Below are positions 1-12,499 of a DNA stretch of 64,000 nt, in pieces. Within the stretch, counting starts at the first letter, position 1; each line of letters begins with the position of its first letter. The stretch is from the human T2T-CHM13v2.0 reference genome, Homo sapiens, in NCBI RefSeq assembly GCF_009914755.1, contig NC_060928.1. One strand, given 5' to 3'. A program made the translations under genes and the position numbers. The notes under the pieces were generated by a model, which was not told the DNA's origin, made no database searches, and saw only the letters and a program-made list of their open reading frames with translations.

Positions 1-64
1 CTGGACATTTACTTCCTAAATGCTAACATTTTATCTTTTTGGAGAAGTGAATTTTTATAGGGTT

Positions 65-901
65 TAACTTTTTATTATTATACTTTAAGTTCTGGGGTAC
101 ATATACAGAACGTGCAGGTTTGTTAGATAGGTATACATACGCCATGGTGATTTGCTGCACCCATAAGCCCGTCTTTGAAACCAATGAGAACAAAGACACA
201 CATACCAGAATATCTGGGACACATTTAAAGCAGTGTGTAGAGGGAAATTTATGGCACTAAATGACAACAAGAGAAAGCAGGAAAGATCTAAAATTGACAC
301 CCTAACATCATTAAAAGAGCTAGAGAAGCAAGAGCAAACAAATTCAAAAGCTAGCAGAAAACAAGAAATAACTAAGATCAGAGCAAAACTGAAGGAGATA
401 GAGACACAAAAAACCCTTCAAAAATCAATGAATCCAGGAACTGATTTTCTTGAAAAGATCAACAAAATAGATAGACCGCTAGCCAGACCACTGAAGAAGA
501 CAGAAAAATCAAATAGACGCAATAAAAAATGATAAAGGGGATATCACCACCGATCCCACAGAAATACAAACTACCATCAGAGAATACTATAAACACGTCT
601 ATGGAAATAAACTAGAAAATCTAGAAGAAATGGATAAATTCCTGGACCCATTTAATCTCCCAAGACTAAACCAGGAAGAAGTTGAATTCCTGAATAGACC
701 AATAACAAGTTCTGAAATTGAGGCAGTAATTAATAGCCTACCAACCAAAGAAAGTCCAGGACCAGACAGATTCACAGCCGAATTCTACCAGAGGTTCAGA
801 GGAGCTGGTACCATTCCTTCCAAAACTATTCCAAACAATAGGAAAATAGGGACTCCTCCCTAACTCATTTTATGAGGCCAGCATCATCCTGATAACTTTT
901 T
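65..901 (-). mobile_element. 5'-inverted (twin-primed) L1PA (about L1PA7): last ~100 bp of the 3'UTR on - (74-173) joined to an ORF2 segment on + (172-894)
   Basis: Reverse-complement L1 3' end (ttattatactttaagttctgggg...gctgcacccat) followed by + strand ORF2 (peptides [27 protein letters not shown]). TAACTTTTT is repeated at 65-73 and 893-901. Confidence 0.9.
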
Positions 902-1374
902 TTGAATAGAAAATTATGTTTAGATTTTGAATACGAATTACTTATATCCAAAAAGATTTTAAAATGCTGACAGAAACACTTAAATTCTAAGGCTGAATGA
1001 GTTCCAGTATTCATTAAAATAATGGTAGGAGGAGAGGTGCTGAAAGGACTGCTTTCTTGTGTCTGGAACTATGTACAAGCCTTTTAAAGTTAGGAATGGG
1101 GGATAAACCCAAGGGCTTAAGAATAATTCTCCATTTGGCAAGGGAATTTCCTTGAGGCAGGAGACAGTAGCCTGGAGAGTATTAATGGATTTATGAAAGT
1201 AGTTACATCATTGTGGTTTGGGAAATGATTTTAAAGCTGAGCAAAATGTGAAATTAATTTTTGATTTTCTTGCCCCAGGTTCCTCTTTAAGTCTCTATCC
1301 TACCATTAAAAAAAAAAATTATCTGTGCTTTCCTTTTGCTGGAAACAAGTTGCTCCTCTTTCCAAATATTTGTT

Positions 1375-1900
1375 CTTTGTTCATTCACATTTAAATTTAT
1401 TCTTCCAAATATTTATCGAGTCTCTCTCATGTGTCAGACACTGTAATAGGAACTTGGAATACAAAGTGGAATAGAAGATGGTCATTTTTCTCAATGGGCT
1501 TAATGGGGCAGATGGTGCACATCAAAAATAATGCCAGTAGAGCAAAGTAGCGCTGCTATGGAATTAGTGAGCATACAGGCTGGAGCATCAGTCCATGGAG
1601 AAAGCACAAGGCTCTGCTTGAGAGGTCAGGGAAATTCCTCCCAGAGGGGGAGATGCTTAAGATAATACATGACTGATAGTAGCATTTTACCAGGCACAAA
1701 GATGGGAGGGGAAATGGCCTGGGCCAAGTTAAAGAGGCATGACACAGTGGGGTCTTCAGGGCCTTGTAATGAATTCAGGAGGGCTGGTACAGAGCAGGTA
1801 TCAGGTGCTGCTGAAGAAGGACTTGCTGAATTGGAGAGGAGGTGGATGCTGGGGCCATGTGCACACAACTGAGAAGTTCTCGCTGGAAACACCGTGCATG
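1375..1900 (-). mobile_element. L2 fragment
   Basis: ttcattc...aaatatttatcgagt...tgtgtcagacactgtaatagg is the reverse complement of the L2 3' end; the continuation is degraded. Confidence 0.6.
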
Positions 1901-2064
1901 ACAGAGTTCAATCCTTGACTTTGTGGACAGCAGGCCATTGATGAAGTCATTCTGTAAGATAGGTCATTTCTTCAAACTTCAGAAAATAATCCCGACATTA
2001 TGCCCAAACAAGTGCAACAAGTAATGTGGGACTGAAAGGGAACCAATGCCGCCCAGGATAACCT

Positions 2065-2295
2065 GGTGTTTAAGAGCTTGTGCTCTAGATTCTGAAGGAG
2101 GTGGGTTCAAGGACTGGCTATTAGCAGCTCTGTGGCCCTAAGAATTTATTTAGTGGTTCTGATCCTCAATTTCCTCAGCTATAAAATGAGGATGGTAATA
2201 ATAGTGCCAATCTCATAAGAAATCTTGGAAGGCCTCATAAGAAATGCTTAGCACGGCACCTGGCAGAGACAGAAACACTCAATAAACATTAGTGA
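2065..2295 (+). mobile_element. MIR
   Basis: MIR core cctcaatttcctcagctataaaatgaggatggtaataatag and tail gcacctggca...ctcaataaa. Confidence 0.8.
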
Positions 2296-2489
2296 TTGCT
2301 TTCATTGTCTGTCAAGAAATTGCAAATCACTCAAGTTAAAGCAGAATTCAAGAAGGCTATGTTACAAGCTGGCACTACATATATGATACTTGGTATCAAT
2401 CATGTTTCTGAAGCTATCAGTGAAGAAAATCTAGACATGGGATTTGGGTTTTCTATCTCTTGTGTGTGCATGCTCTCTCTCTTTCTCTG

Positions 2490-2490
<1 letters not shown>

Positions 2491-2529
<39 letters not shown>
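2491..2529. repeat. (CA)n microsatellite, about 19 units
   Basis: Directly visible. Confidence 0.98.
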
Positions 2530-2532
<3 letters not shown>

Positions 2533-3871
2533 CATACTCCAAACTACTGAGTAGTAAAATGAAGGAAATCCACACCAGTGTGAACTGGATTAATAAAATG
2601 CTTATTTTCATAAATTCATAAATTTTCACACATTTGTGTTAACATTTTATTAAATACCTTCTTCAGTATTTCTGTTAAATTGAAACGAAAAGGGTGATAT
2701 AATGGTTTAGATCTTTTAAATATTTAGTAGCTTTAGTTCATCAAGTTCACTTCAGTTTATTTAATTGACACAATTTTATTTTCCTCTCCTTACATAAAAC
2801 ATCCAACAAATGCATTACCCAAAGTAATTTCATTCCCGGAAGAATATTCATTAAAATGTTTATGAAGTCCTGTGCTTTGATGTAATTTGAACTTTGCTCA
2901 AAAGCTTTCAGAGCTAAAGATCCTCTGATTCCAAAGCAGTAAACACTGTAAAACCCATTCCCCACCTTTGCTTCTTAAAGATCAGTTATGCTTTTCCATA
3001 GGTGAGAGGTCTGTTGTAACCCCCACCAAATTTCAGATGCAGGTGAATTGGAACGAATACCCTGAGAAGCTGCTCCCAACACTGGCTTCTTGAGGAAAGC
3101 TGATCTCTCCCCTGCTCCTTCCTATCTCCTTAATTCTAGCCTATGAGATAGAGTTGGAAGAATTTTTACAAACCTCTTTCAACAAAATGAGGTGAAATTA
3201 GGCTGCAGCCAGGTAAGGTGACTGCCCGAAGACATGCAACTTCAGAATGGCCAGGACAAATCCCAGACACCTGCTCTCTGCACTATATAACCATCCTTAT
3301 ATCTCCAACACCTTCTTCCCGCCAGGGAGGCAAAAGCACATCTACTTATATTTCCTTTCATACCACACGTTTATAGACAAACACTAAAGAGCAGGGCTCT
3401 TTCTCCCAAGATCAAAATGATACCTTACATTGTCATCGAAAAAAATTGAGTAGCAGATGAAGTAGTTATAACCTGTCACAGGTGGCCAGCATTCAGGGGA
3501 AGGATTAAGCAGTGGTTGAGAGCCCAGGCTCCATAACCTGTTAATCAACTCCAATTCCTGAACCGCCCTCTCATTCTTAAAGGAGAATGACACTACTTTC
3601 CTGATAGGAATGCTGTAAGGTTTTAACACAATATTTTATGTAAACCCCTTATCCCAAGGGCCGACATGAGCATCATCAACTGTAGCAAATGAATGGTTGC
3701 TGATGGTGGTGATTCTAATAGTGGTGGTAGATAAGTTATTGTGGCCACAGAAAAGTAATGGAAGAAATGGAGGCTGTTGGAGTAATCATAGTAGTGACAG
3801 TGGTGGCAGTCATAGAGGCAGTAATAATATTGTTATTGTCAGTGATGACAGTATTGTTAACACAGTGATTA

Positions 3872-4172
<301 letters not shown>

Positions 4173-4517
4173 TTATTCCTTACTCAATTTAACTTTACTC
4201 ACTGTCTCTCCTTTTTAATTAATGTAATTTCTCTCAAGACTTCTATCTTCTCCCCTCAAGTTCACCTGACTATGGATTCAGTCCAGTCCATTCTGTTCTA
4301 TGGGTATTTAATCTCATTTTCTCCGTCAAAAGCAAACTCATAAAACCAGAACAATCAAAGGCCCAGGTTTGCCATCTTTGGCCAAGGGGCTCATCCAGAC
4401 AGGATGAACTAGGTGGAAGCTGGTTGAAGCCCAGATGACCTCCAATCATGCAAAAGCATTTGTGTGAAAGAGAAGCACTCAACCTTTTTAAGGAAAAGAG
4501 GAGAATAGCAACCTGGG

Positions 4518-4892
4518 TGTATTAGTCTGTTTTCACACTGCTATAAATACCTGAGACTGGGTAATTTGTAAAGGGAAGAGATTTAATTGACTCACGGTTC
4601 TGCATGGCTAGAGGGAGGCCTCAGGAAATTTACAATCATGACGGAAGACAAAGGAGAAGCAAATAACTTCTTCACAAGGTGGCTGGAAAGACAGAGAGAG
4701 TTAGAAGGGAGAAGAACTTCTTATAAAAGCATCAGATCTCATGAGAACTCACTCACTATTGTGAGAATAGCATGGGAAAAACTGCCCCCGTGATCCAATC
4801 ACCTCCCACCAACACCCTCCCTCAACACATGGGGATTATGAAGATTACAATTTGAGAAGAGATTTGGGTTGGGACACAGCCAGACCATATCA
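4518..4892 (-). mobile_element. THE1/MSTA-type MaLR solo LTR
   Basis: tgtattagtctgttttcacactgct ... gatttgggttgggacacagccagaccatatca. Confidence 0.9.
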
Positions 4893-5524
4893 CAGGACTA
4901 AAGAAAAGCTTGAGCCACCTCAGGCTAGTTGCTAGGAAGCAGTTTTGCTCTGTTCTGTCAACTTGTATTTGTACATGAAGCAACCCTTCAGGTTAGGAAG
5001 TGAAGTGGACATCTCTGCTGCATTGGACACATTGATGACTCCATCCTTGAACGTCATTCCTTGGTCCCCCATGGCATTCTCTTCTCTCCTCTCCCACCTG
5101 CCTCGCACTCTTTCTTATATACCTTCTTTATGGTTCTTGGTCTTTGCTCATCTGCTAAATAAATGTTGAAGCTCAGGAGTTTTTTTCTCAACTTCCTCTT
5201 TCATCAATTCTTCATTCTAGTTGATCATTTCATAGTTTTAAATTTCTATTATAGAAGATTCTCAAATCTCAATATTTAACCCAAAACCTCATTAAAATTT
5301 CAGACTAGCGGATACAGCTGTCCCATGTACACACCTGCCACCTCTGATCTGGATTAGATGGTCTGTTGATAAATGATACACCCAGCTACCTCTATTGTTG
5401 CATCTATTCAATGGTGTAAATACCCATAGAAAATGATCCTTAAGTAATGAACTTTATATTACACAAATGAATTGTAGAAAAACATATTATCTCTAGATAG
5501 GTGATACATACTCATCAAGCACAC

Positions 5525-5770
5525 TGTTAAGAATTAACTGTGCAGCCAGACTGCTTATCTCCGTCCAGCTCTTCCACCATCCTTGAGACTGCAAGCAATT
5601 CTCTGAAACCGTCTGTGCCTCAGTTTTCTCATCTGTAAAATGGTGATGATAATTATTGTTTTCTCATAGAATTGTTGTGACTATTAAATGAATTAATGTA
5701 TATAAAGTTCTTAGAATCAATGTATATAAAGTTCCCAGCATCTAGTAATCATTGCTACTTATTATTACTA
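5525..5770 (+). mobile_element. MIR
   Basis: tctgtgcctcagttttctcatctgtaaaatgg core. Confidence 0.8.
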
Positions 5771-5902
5771 TTTCTCTTTCTCTCTCTCTCTCAAACTATT
5801 ATAACTTTCTCTTGGTAAGGTGAAGTCTTTGACCATCATTTTATTCTTCAATAATTAGGTCAGAAACAGGCCTCATGTTTGAAGTCATCATAGTAATCAT
5901 AG

Positions 5903-6261
5903 TGATATGGTTTGGCTCTGTGTCCCCCCACAAATCTCACCTTAAATTGTAATAATCTCCACGTGTTGTGGGAAGGACCCAGTGGGAGGTAATTGAATCA
6001 TGGGGGTGGGCTTTTCCCCATACTATTTTCATGATAGTGAATAGCTCATGAGATCTGATGGTTTTATAAAGGGGAGATCCCCTGCACATAGCCTCTTGCC
6101 TGCTGCCTTGCGAGACGTGCCTTTGCTTCTTCTTTGCCTTCTGCCATGATTGTGAAGCCTCCCCAGCCACGTGGAACTGTGAGTCCATTAAATCTTTTCC
6201 TGAATTAAATCACCCAGTCTGGGGTATGTCTTTTATAGCAGTATGAGAACAAACTAATACA
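5903..6261 (+). mobile_element. THE1 solo LTR
   Basis: tgatatggtttggctctgtgtccc ... gagaacaaactaataca; TSD CATAG at 5898-5902 and 6262-6266. Confidence 0.93.
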
Positions 6262-6266
6262 CATAG

Positions 6267-6682
6267 CAATACGGTTTGGATGTTGGTCCCCTCTAAATCT
6301 CATGTTGAAATGTAATCTTCAATGTTGGAGGCCTGGCAGGAGGTGTTTGGGTCATGAGGGCGGCTCCCTCATGAATGTCTTGGTGCCCTCCTCACAGTAA
6401 TGAGTGAGGTGAGTTCTCGCTCTGTTAGCTTGTGTGACAGCTGGTTGTTTAAAGGAAACTGGCACCTCCTCCTCTCTCTTTGCTCCCTCCCTCACCATGC
6501 AACTTGCCTGCTCCCTGTTCATTTTCCGCCATGACTAAAAGCTTCCTGGGCCTTACCAGAAGCCAAGCAGATGCTGGTGTCATACTTGCACAGCCCGAAG
6601 AACCATGAGCCAAATTAACCTTTTTGTTATAAATTACCCAGCCACAAGTATTCCTTTACAGCAAAAAAAACAAACTCATACA
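6267..6682 (+). mobile_element. MSTB-like MaLR solo LTR
   Basis: ggtttggatgttggtcccctctaaatctcatgttgaaatgtaatc ... ccagaagccaagcagatgctgg ... aaactcataca; flanked by CATAG on both sides. Confidence 0.88.
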
Positions 6683-7757
6683 CATAGTCATCATAGTAAT
6701 AGCGAATGACTGAATGAATGATCTTGTAAAGAACACACTAAGAGGACCAGGAGACTGACAGAGAATCAGAGGAAGGGGAGAGGGAGAAGAAAAACCAAGA
6801 TTTGGATGAAGAAAAATAGGTTTTATAGGCCAACACATTCTGACAGGAAGATAATATGGATGACAAATTACTAGAAGGGAATCTTGCTTCAGCATTATCG
6901 TGGCTGGCGGCATTGTGCTTGATGAGAAATTTCTTTTTGCATTTTCATCTCCAGAGAAATTACGGCCAGCCCTCATGAATCAGCCTCAAAGTCAGGCTGA
7001 ACTTTGGGCGCTGCTGTTGCTGAAGAGTTGAGGCCTGCCTTTCCCGCTGCCTGGAGAAAGTGTGGCCTCCTCCTCACAGCGCTGTCCTCCTGGCCTCAGA
7101 AGAACCCCTGAGCCTTCCACTTGTCAGAGAAGCCTCGGGGGTCCCTGCCTGAGGTCAGACGGAGCAACTGAGAGAAACGAAGCTTTTGACACATAATCCC
7201 TTCACCTCCGAAAATGGAAATTGCAGAGTGATTGTGAGGACAAATGAGATAATTCCTGTGGAAGCATTCTGAGTGCTTTGCAAGGAAGCTCTCATTTTGT
7301 GAGACCTTGTGTTTGCTTCTTGTTAAAGAATTTTCTTTTCAAAGTTCTTTTCTGCTGGTTTAGGAATAAAATTAGTATAGACTAATGAGAAAGAACTTTT
7401 AATAAACCCTTCCTCAGAGGAATATGAAAGAAGCTCAATTTTTTAATAAAATTAAATTCAAAAACTGGCATCTAAAAATGACTTACAGTGTTTCCTCTCT
7501 TCAAGCTATGGTTTCCCTTAGGCAGTCCCCATTATGCTTTAACCAGAGTTTTGTGTTTCCTCCTAAATTTAAAATTTGAGAACATCACATCCCCATTTAC
7601 AACCCTTCACTGGTTGTCTGCTGGATGTCATCCTGACAATAGGCTGCAAATTTGGCCCAACCTACTTAGTTGAACCCAATTCTCTCTCAACATGCTTGTC
7701 TTCAACTCTGAACTCTGTGTTTACTCAACTACTTGCAATTCCCATAAAGGATATTCT

Positions 7758-8081
7758 CTAGGTTTGATATATTTGGGAAATAAAAACTATAGGATGCCCA
7801 GTTAAATCTGAAATCAGATAAACAATGAATGCCTTTTTAGTATAAGTATGCCCCAGGCAGGCTTAATACCTAGGTGATGGGTTGATGGGTGCAGAAAACC
7901 ACCATGGCATACCTTTACCTATGTAACAAACCTGCACGTCCTACACATGTATCCCAGAACTTAAGAAAAATTAGGCCCCATGCAATATTTGGGACATACT
8001 TACATTAAAAATTATCTGTTGTTTATTTAAAGTTCAAATGTTCAAATGTAACAGGGTATTCTGTATTTATCTGGCAAACTC
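7758..8081. mobile_element. MER53 palindromic DNA-transposon remnant, interrupted by an L1
   Basis: ggatgcccagttaaatctgaaatcagataaacaa...tagtataagtatg / tgcaatatttgggacatacttac...ttgtttatttaaagttcaaa...tctggcaa; the two arms are mutually complementary. Confidence 0.85.
7856..7974 (+). mobile_element. Short 5'-truncated L1PA 3' end inside MER53
   Basis: gcttaatacctaggtgatgggttgatgggtgcag...atcccagaacttaa; GCCCCA repeated at 7850-7855 and 7975-7980. Confidence 0.9.
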
Positions 8082-8438
8082 AGCTGCTCTGACCCCACAG
8101 ACCAGCCTTCAAAACACACCTTAAGTGAACACATCTTTCTTCCTTCTTGGTCCACCTCAGTCTGGTTTTGTGGCTTTTCTCCATCGGCTTACTCATCCCC
8201 CTATGTTGACCCTTTCTATAGAACTGACTACACTAGTTGGAATCATCACTTCACTTCTAAAACTCAATCATTAGACTATAAATTCCACAAGGTTAGGGCT
8301 TATGTCTCATTCATTGTATCCCCAAATCTTAAAAAAAAAAAGGAACACAATATAGCCCGGTTCAATATTTACTCATTAAATGAATGAAAAGAAATTCGTT
8401 GTTTACGAAGCATTTTTCACAACTCAGCATGTTATCTA

Positions 8439-9011
8439 TAGTCATGTGCCACTTAACGACAGGGATATGTTCTGGGAAATGTGTTGTCAGGAAATTGTGT
8501 TATTGTACAAACGTCCTAAAGTGTACTTAAGCAAACCTAGATGGCATAGCTTACCACACACCCAGGCTATGTGGTACAGCCTATTGCTCATAAACTACAA
8601 ACCTGTACAGTATGTGACTGTACTGAATACTATAGGTAATTGAAATGCAAATGGAATATTTGTAAAAATCTAAACATGGAAAAGGTACAGTAAGAATACG
8701 GATAAATATACAGATAAATATAGATAAAGATAAAACATGGTACACCTGTATAGGGCACTCACCATAAATAGAACTTGCAGGACTGGAAGTTGCTCTGAGT
8801 GAGTCAATGAATGAATGCTGAGTGAACGTGAAGGCCCAGGACACTACTGCACACTACTGCAGACTTTATAAACACTGTACACTTAGACTACACCAAATTT
8901 ATTTTAAAAATTATTTCTTTCTTCAATAATAAACTAACCTTAACTTGCTGGATGGCCATCATTGCATATATTGTCTATCATTGACCAAAGTGTTATTCGG
9001 AGCATGGCTTA
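8439..9011. mobile_element. Tigger3 (GOLEM)-family non-autonomous DNA transposon
   Basis: agtcatgtgccacttaacgacaggg...ctacaaacctgtacagtatgtgactgtactgaatact...gtgaaggcccaggacactactg; TIR-like end gcatggct. Confidence 0.85.
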
Positions 9012-9099
9012 TTTCTATAGTGTATATATGGAAATGGGCTTTCTGTCCCAAAATAATCCAAGGGGATCCGTTTAAGTATCGGTCCAAGTACATTATAAC

Positions 9100-9635
9100 T
9101 GTAATCAAAATCTCCCACCCTATTTCAAATAAACTCACACTTTTCCATGGCTTACAAGTCCCAGTGTAACCTAACTCCTGGCTATAACCTCAGCCTCATC
9201 TGTGGCATTCTTCTCCCCAGTCATCGCCCACCCATAGCGCTGACATCCTTGCTGTCCAGGACTGTTCTAATCAAAGCTCTGCCTTGGGGACTTTGCACTT
9301 CCCGCTGCCTGGAATCTGTTTTTCAGTATAGGCAGGATTCCCTGCCTCACTGTCTTTAGGCTGGAGCGCTTCCTCATGAGAAAGGCCTTCCCCGGTCTCC
9401 CTCTCTAAAGTAGCACCCTTGTCATGATCCATGCCCTCATCCCACTTAAGTTCTCTTTAAAGTACTCATTCTTATGTGATGTTTTACTGTGTTTTATGTA
9501 CTGGCTTACTTATGCTCTGCTTTTCTTAGTAGAATGTAAGTTCTGTGAGGACAGGGACTTTGTCTTCTCGCTGTATCCCCAGCACCTAGAACAAAGCCTG
9601 GAATGTGTAGATGCTTAATGAATACCTGTGGAAGA
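9100..9635 (+). mobile_element. L2 3' fragment
   Basis: gctgtatccccagcacctagaaca...cctgg L2 3' end. Confidence 0.75.
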
Positions 9636-9680
9636 AGGAAGGAAGGAAGGCAGGCAGGGAGGGAGGGAGGGAGGGAGGGA
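9631..9680. repeat. (GGAA)/(GGGA)n purine-rich simple repeat
   Basis: Directly visible. Confidence 0.9.
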
Positions 9681-10167
9681 CTGTTTGTACTCTGGAGCCT
9701 GAATTTTTTTTTCCCATAAATGGAAGCTTAAAATATATGTGTTACATAGAAAGGACTGTGTTACCTTAAATTTACTCTAAGGTATACATGAGTAAAATTA
9801 AAACCTTCCAGAAAGCAAAATCTTCAGAGACGGTTGAGGGGGTCTTTTATTACCTAAGGGCTGTAGTTAGAGAGTGGTGCAGAAGGAATAAAAGCCACAA
9901 CTGGAAGAGAACGTTGATTAAAAGAGTGGATGATGAAATTAGGGATAAACCATGCTTCCTGTAAATGTTGGTTTACTTTTAACCTGGTATTTTTCCTCTG
10001 TGATCACCCCAATCTCCGCTACCAACAGCACTGTGCAGACATCTTTAATTGCCAACCCAACATCCATTCCAACTTTCTGCCTTGTTAATGAAACCCATTT
10101 TTGGTGGGGCTGGGGTGGGGACACAATGTGCCCAGCCTTAGTCTATGGATCACGAATTGAGCTAATC

Positions 10168-10391
10168 CAAGGGTCAGTAAGCATTTTTTGTGAAGGACTA
10201 CATGGTTAACATTTCAGGATATGTAGGCCATATGATTGTTGCCTCAGCTACTCTGTTCTGTTGTAGTATAAATGCAGTCATAGAAAACATTTATGTAGAA
10301 AAATGAGTGTGGCTATGTCCCAGTAAAACTTTATTTACAAAAACAAGCAGTGGGCAGATTTGGCCCATGGATCATAGTTTGCCACACCTTG
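10168..10391. mobile_element. MER58A (hAT-Charlie)
   Basis: aagggtcag...gagtgtggctatgtcccagtaaaactttatttacaaaaacaagcagtgggcagatttggccc...tagtttgcc. Confidence 0.85.
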
Positions 10392-10639
10392 ACCTCAACA
10401 ATCTTGTTCCCCATATTCTAAGGTTTCCATTAACTAGAAACAGGTGTTGTTGTATTTTTTTTTAACTGAAAATGAGACAGGTAGATCTAATTACTGTGAT
10501 GAAGGAAAGGCACAGTATAGTTTCAAGAAAAATTTTACTTTCCTGATAAGAGGAGGAGTGACACATTTCTGCTTTCTTTTCTTCTTTCCTGGCTTACCAA
10601 AAATATGGCTAGAGCTGCATCAGCCGTTATCACACCATA

Positions 10640-10815
10640 ATGGAAAGGATAAGAGAATAGCTGAGTCTCAGCCCTGACATCACTGCATCCTCGAATCATC
10701 AGCAGCCAGCTACCACCAGAGCTCTTGAAATGTGAGAAAAGTAAACGCTTATGTATTAAATCCACCCCAGTTTAGTTTTTGATTACTTTCAGACAGATGT
10801 ATTCCTAACTGATAA
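10640..10815 (+). mobile_element. Old MLT1-type LTR 3' fragment
   Basis: atgtgagaaaa...ttactt.cag...attcctaactgata resembles an MLT1 3' end. Confidence 0.5.
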
Positions 10816-11371
10816 AGACACACACAGAGATGACACTCACACCAGCATACACATTCTCGCCCACAGAGGCACGCACTGGCACGGAGAACAGATGCTGAAG
10901 CATAGTCCCCAGAGAGTTAATAGTGATCGCCTCTTTCCCAGGTGTGTGCTGGTCTCTCCTTTATGCTTTCTGTTCTTCCTTATTGTTCTATAATTGTAAA
11001 TAACTATGAACATTTTTTTTTCATTTTAGGAAGAGAGAGAATAAATTTTAATTGTTTGAGCACTACCTGCTGACATGTTCACAAGAACAACTAAATTATT
11101 CCCTAAAAATTCCAGGCCAGTGTATGAAGAAAAAAAAAAGCCAAATTTGAAGATCTGGTGCCCAGGGAGGGGAAGGAAGGAACCAGACAGAATGACCAGT
11201 CACGTGGAAGCTAAACTGACAGGGAAAGCAGCTCTGTTGGGAGCCTCCTCACTCAGACCCCTTAGGAGAAAGAGTCAGAGTCCCTCATATTTGGTCCATC
11301 TCCATTTCTATTACTGTGCTAGAAAGACACTTGGGGCTTGTTTTAAATCCTGCCTTTTGCATCATGTAATC

Positions 11372-11845
11372 TGTTATGAATTAAGTTGTGCCTCTATGCC
11401 CTGAAAAAAAAAGAGACATATTGAAGTACCAATTCTGAGTGCCTCACAATATGACCTTATTTCAAAAGGGCCATTGCAGCTGTATGGTTTAAGTTAAGAT
11501 GAGGCCATACTGGAGTAGGGTGGACTCCCAATCCAATATGATGAGTGTCTGTAAGACAGCTGTGTGAAGACTCAGAGACACACAAAGAGAACACCATGTT
11601 AACAATGAAGGCAAAAGTTGGAGTTATGCACCTGGAAGCCAAGGAATGCCACAGGTTGTCCACAAACTACTAGAAACTAGGAATAGGCAAGAAAGGATTT
11701 CTCTACAGGTTTCAGAGGGAACATGGCCCTGCTAACACCTTGATTTCAGAGTCCCAGCTATCAGAACTGTGAGACAATAAGTTTCTGTTGTTTTTGCCAC
11801 CCTATTTGTGGTGCTTTGCTCTGGCAGCCCCAGGACACCAATACA
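11372..11845 (+). mobile_element. MLT1B/C MaLR LTR
   Basis: agttaagatgaggccatactggagtaggg...gaagccaaggaatgcc...cagaactgtgagacaataagtttctg...aataca. Confidence 0.88.
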
Positions 11846-11956
11846 GCATCTTTTTTGTTATTCTTTTCCTCAAGGATAACAACAATTGCTAAGCAACTTT
11901 CTAAAACACTTAAATCTCCAGAAATTCATTTCATTTTCCAAGCAATCTTGTGACAA

Positions 11957-12003
11957 TGTGCACATGTACCCTAAAACTTAAAGTATAATTTAAAAAAAAA
12001 AAA
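11957..12003 (+). mobile_element. Very short (~45 bp) young L1PA 3' end with poly(A)
   Basis: tgtgcacatgtaccctaaaacttaaagtataatttaaaaaaaaaaaa. Confidence 0.85.
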
Positions 12004-12499
12004 GAAATAGGTTACATTATATGTCTCATATTTTTTTTTAATGAGAAAATTTAGGTACAAAAAAACTCTGCACTATGTCAACTATCTCTCCTATTGCTCT
12101 ATTTGCTTTTTTGGATCATAGCACTATTTGAATGTATCTTTCTTCATTTGTTTACAAATTTTTGTTTCATTTAATTTCAATGAGGAAAAGAGTTTATCGG
12201 TCTGCTTATTGCTGGATCTCTAGTTCTTAGAATAGCGTCTGGCACATGGTTCACAATATACATGTATCAAATCAATGACTGGAAGGATCTAAGAAAGAAG
12301 GACGCTTACATCTATTAAACACATTACATCAGGCATTTCCTTTCTGTACTTTTCACATTTTATCCTCCTACTATTTAAGAAAAAAATTGTTATTCATGAT
12401 TTACATATGGAGAATTAATGCTTAATGGGTGTACATGGTTTGCCAATAACTACACAGCCAAGACTTAGCAAAAATAGTCAGTCTTCACCAAGCAATTCT

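Noticed and set aside
690-894. Similarity to 45992-46200 suggesting a segmental duplication
   Set aside because: Both are independent L1PA ORF2 copies with unrelated flanks.
3425-3490. Possible ~45-bp minus-strand exon (acag|gtta...caat|gtaagg)
   Set aside because: Weak polypyrimidine tract and no partner exon or protein similarity.
3700-3870. (GGT/AGT)-rich segment encoding a Ser/Gly-rich ORF
   Set aside because: Degenerate trinucleotide low-complexity DNA that reads into an Alu.
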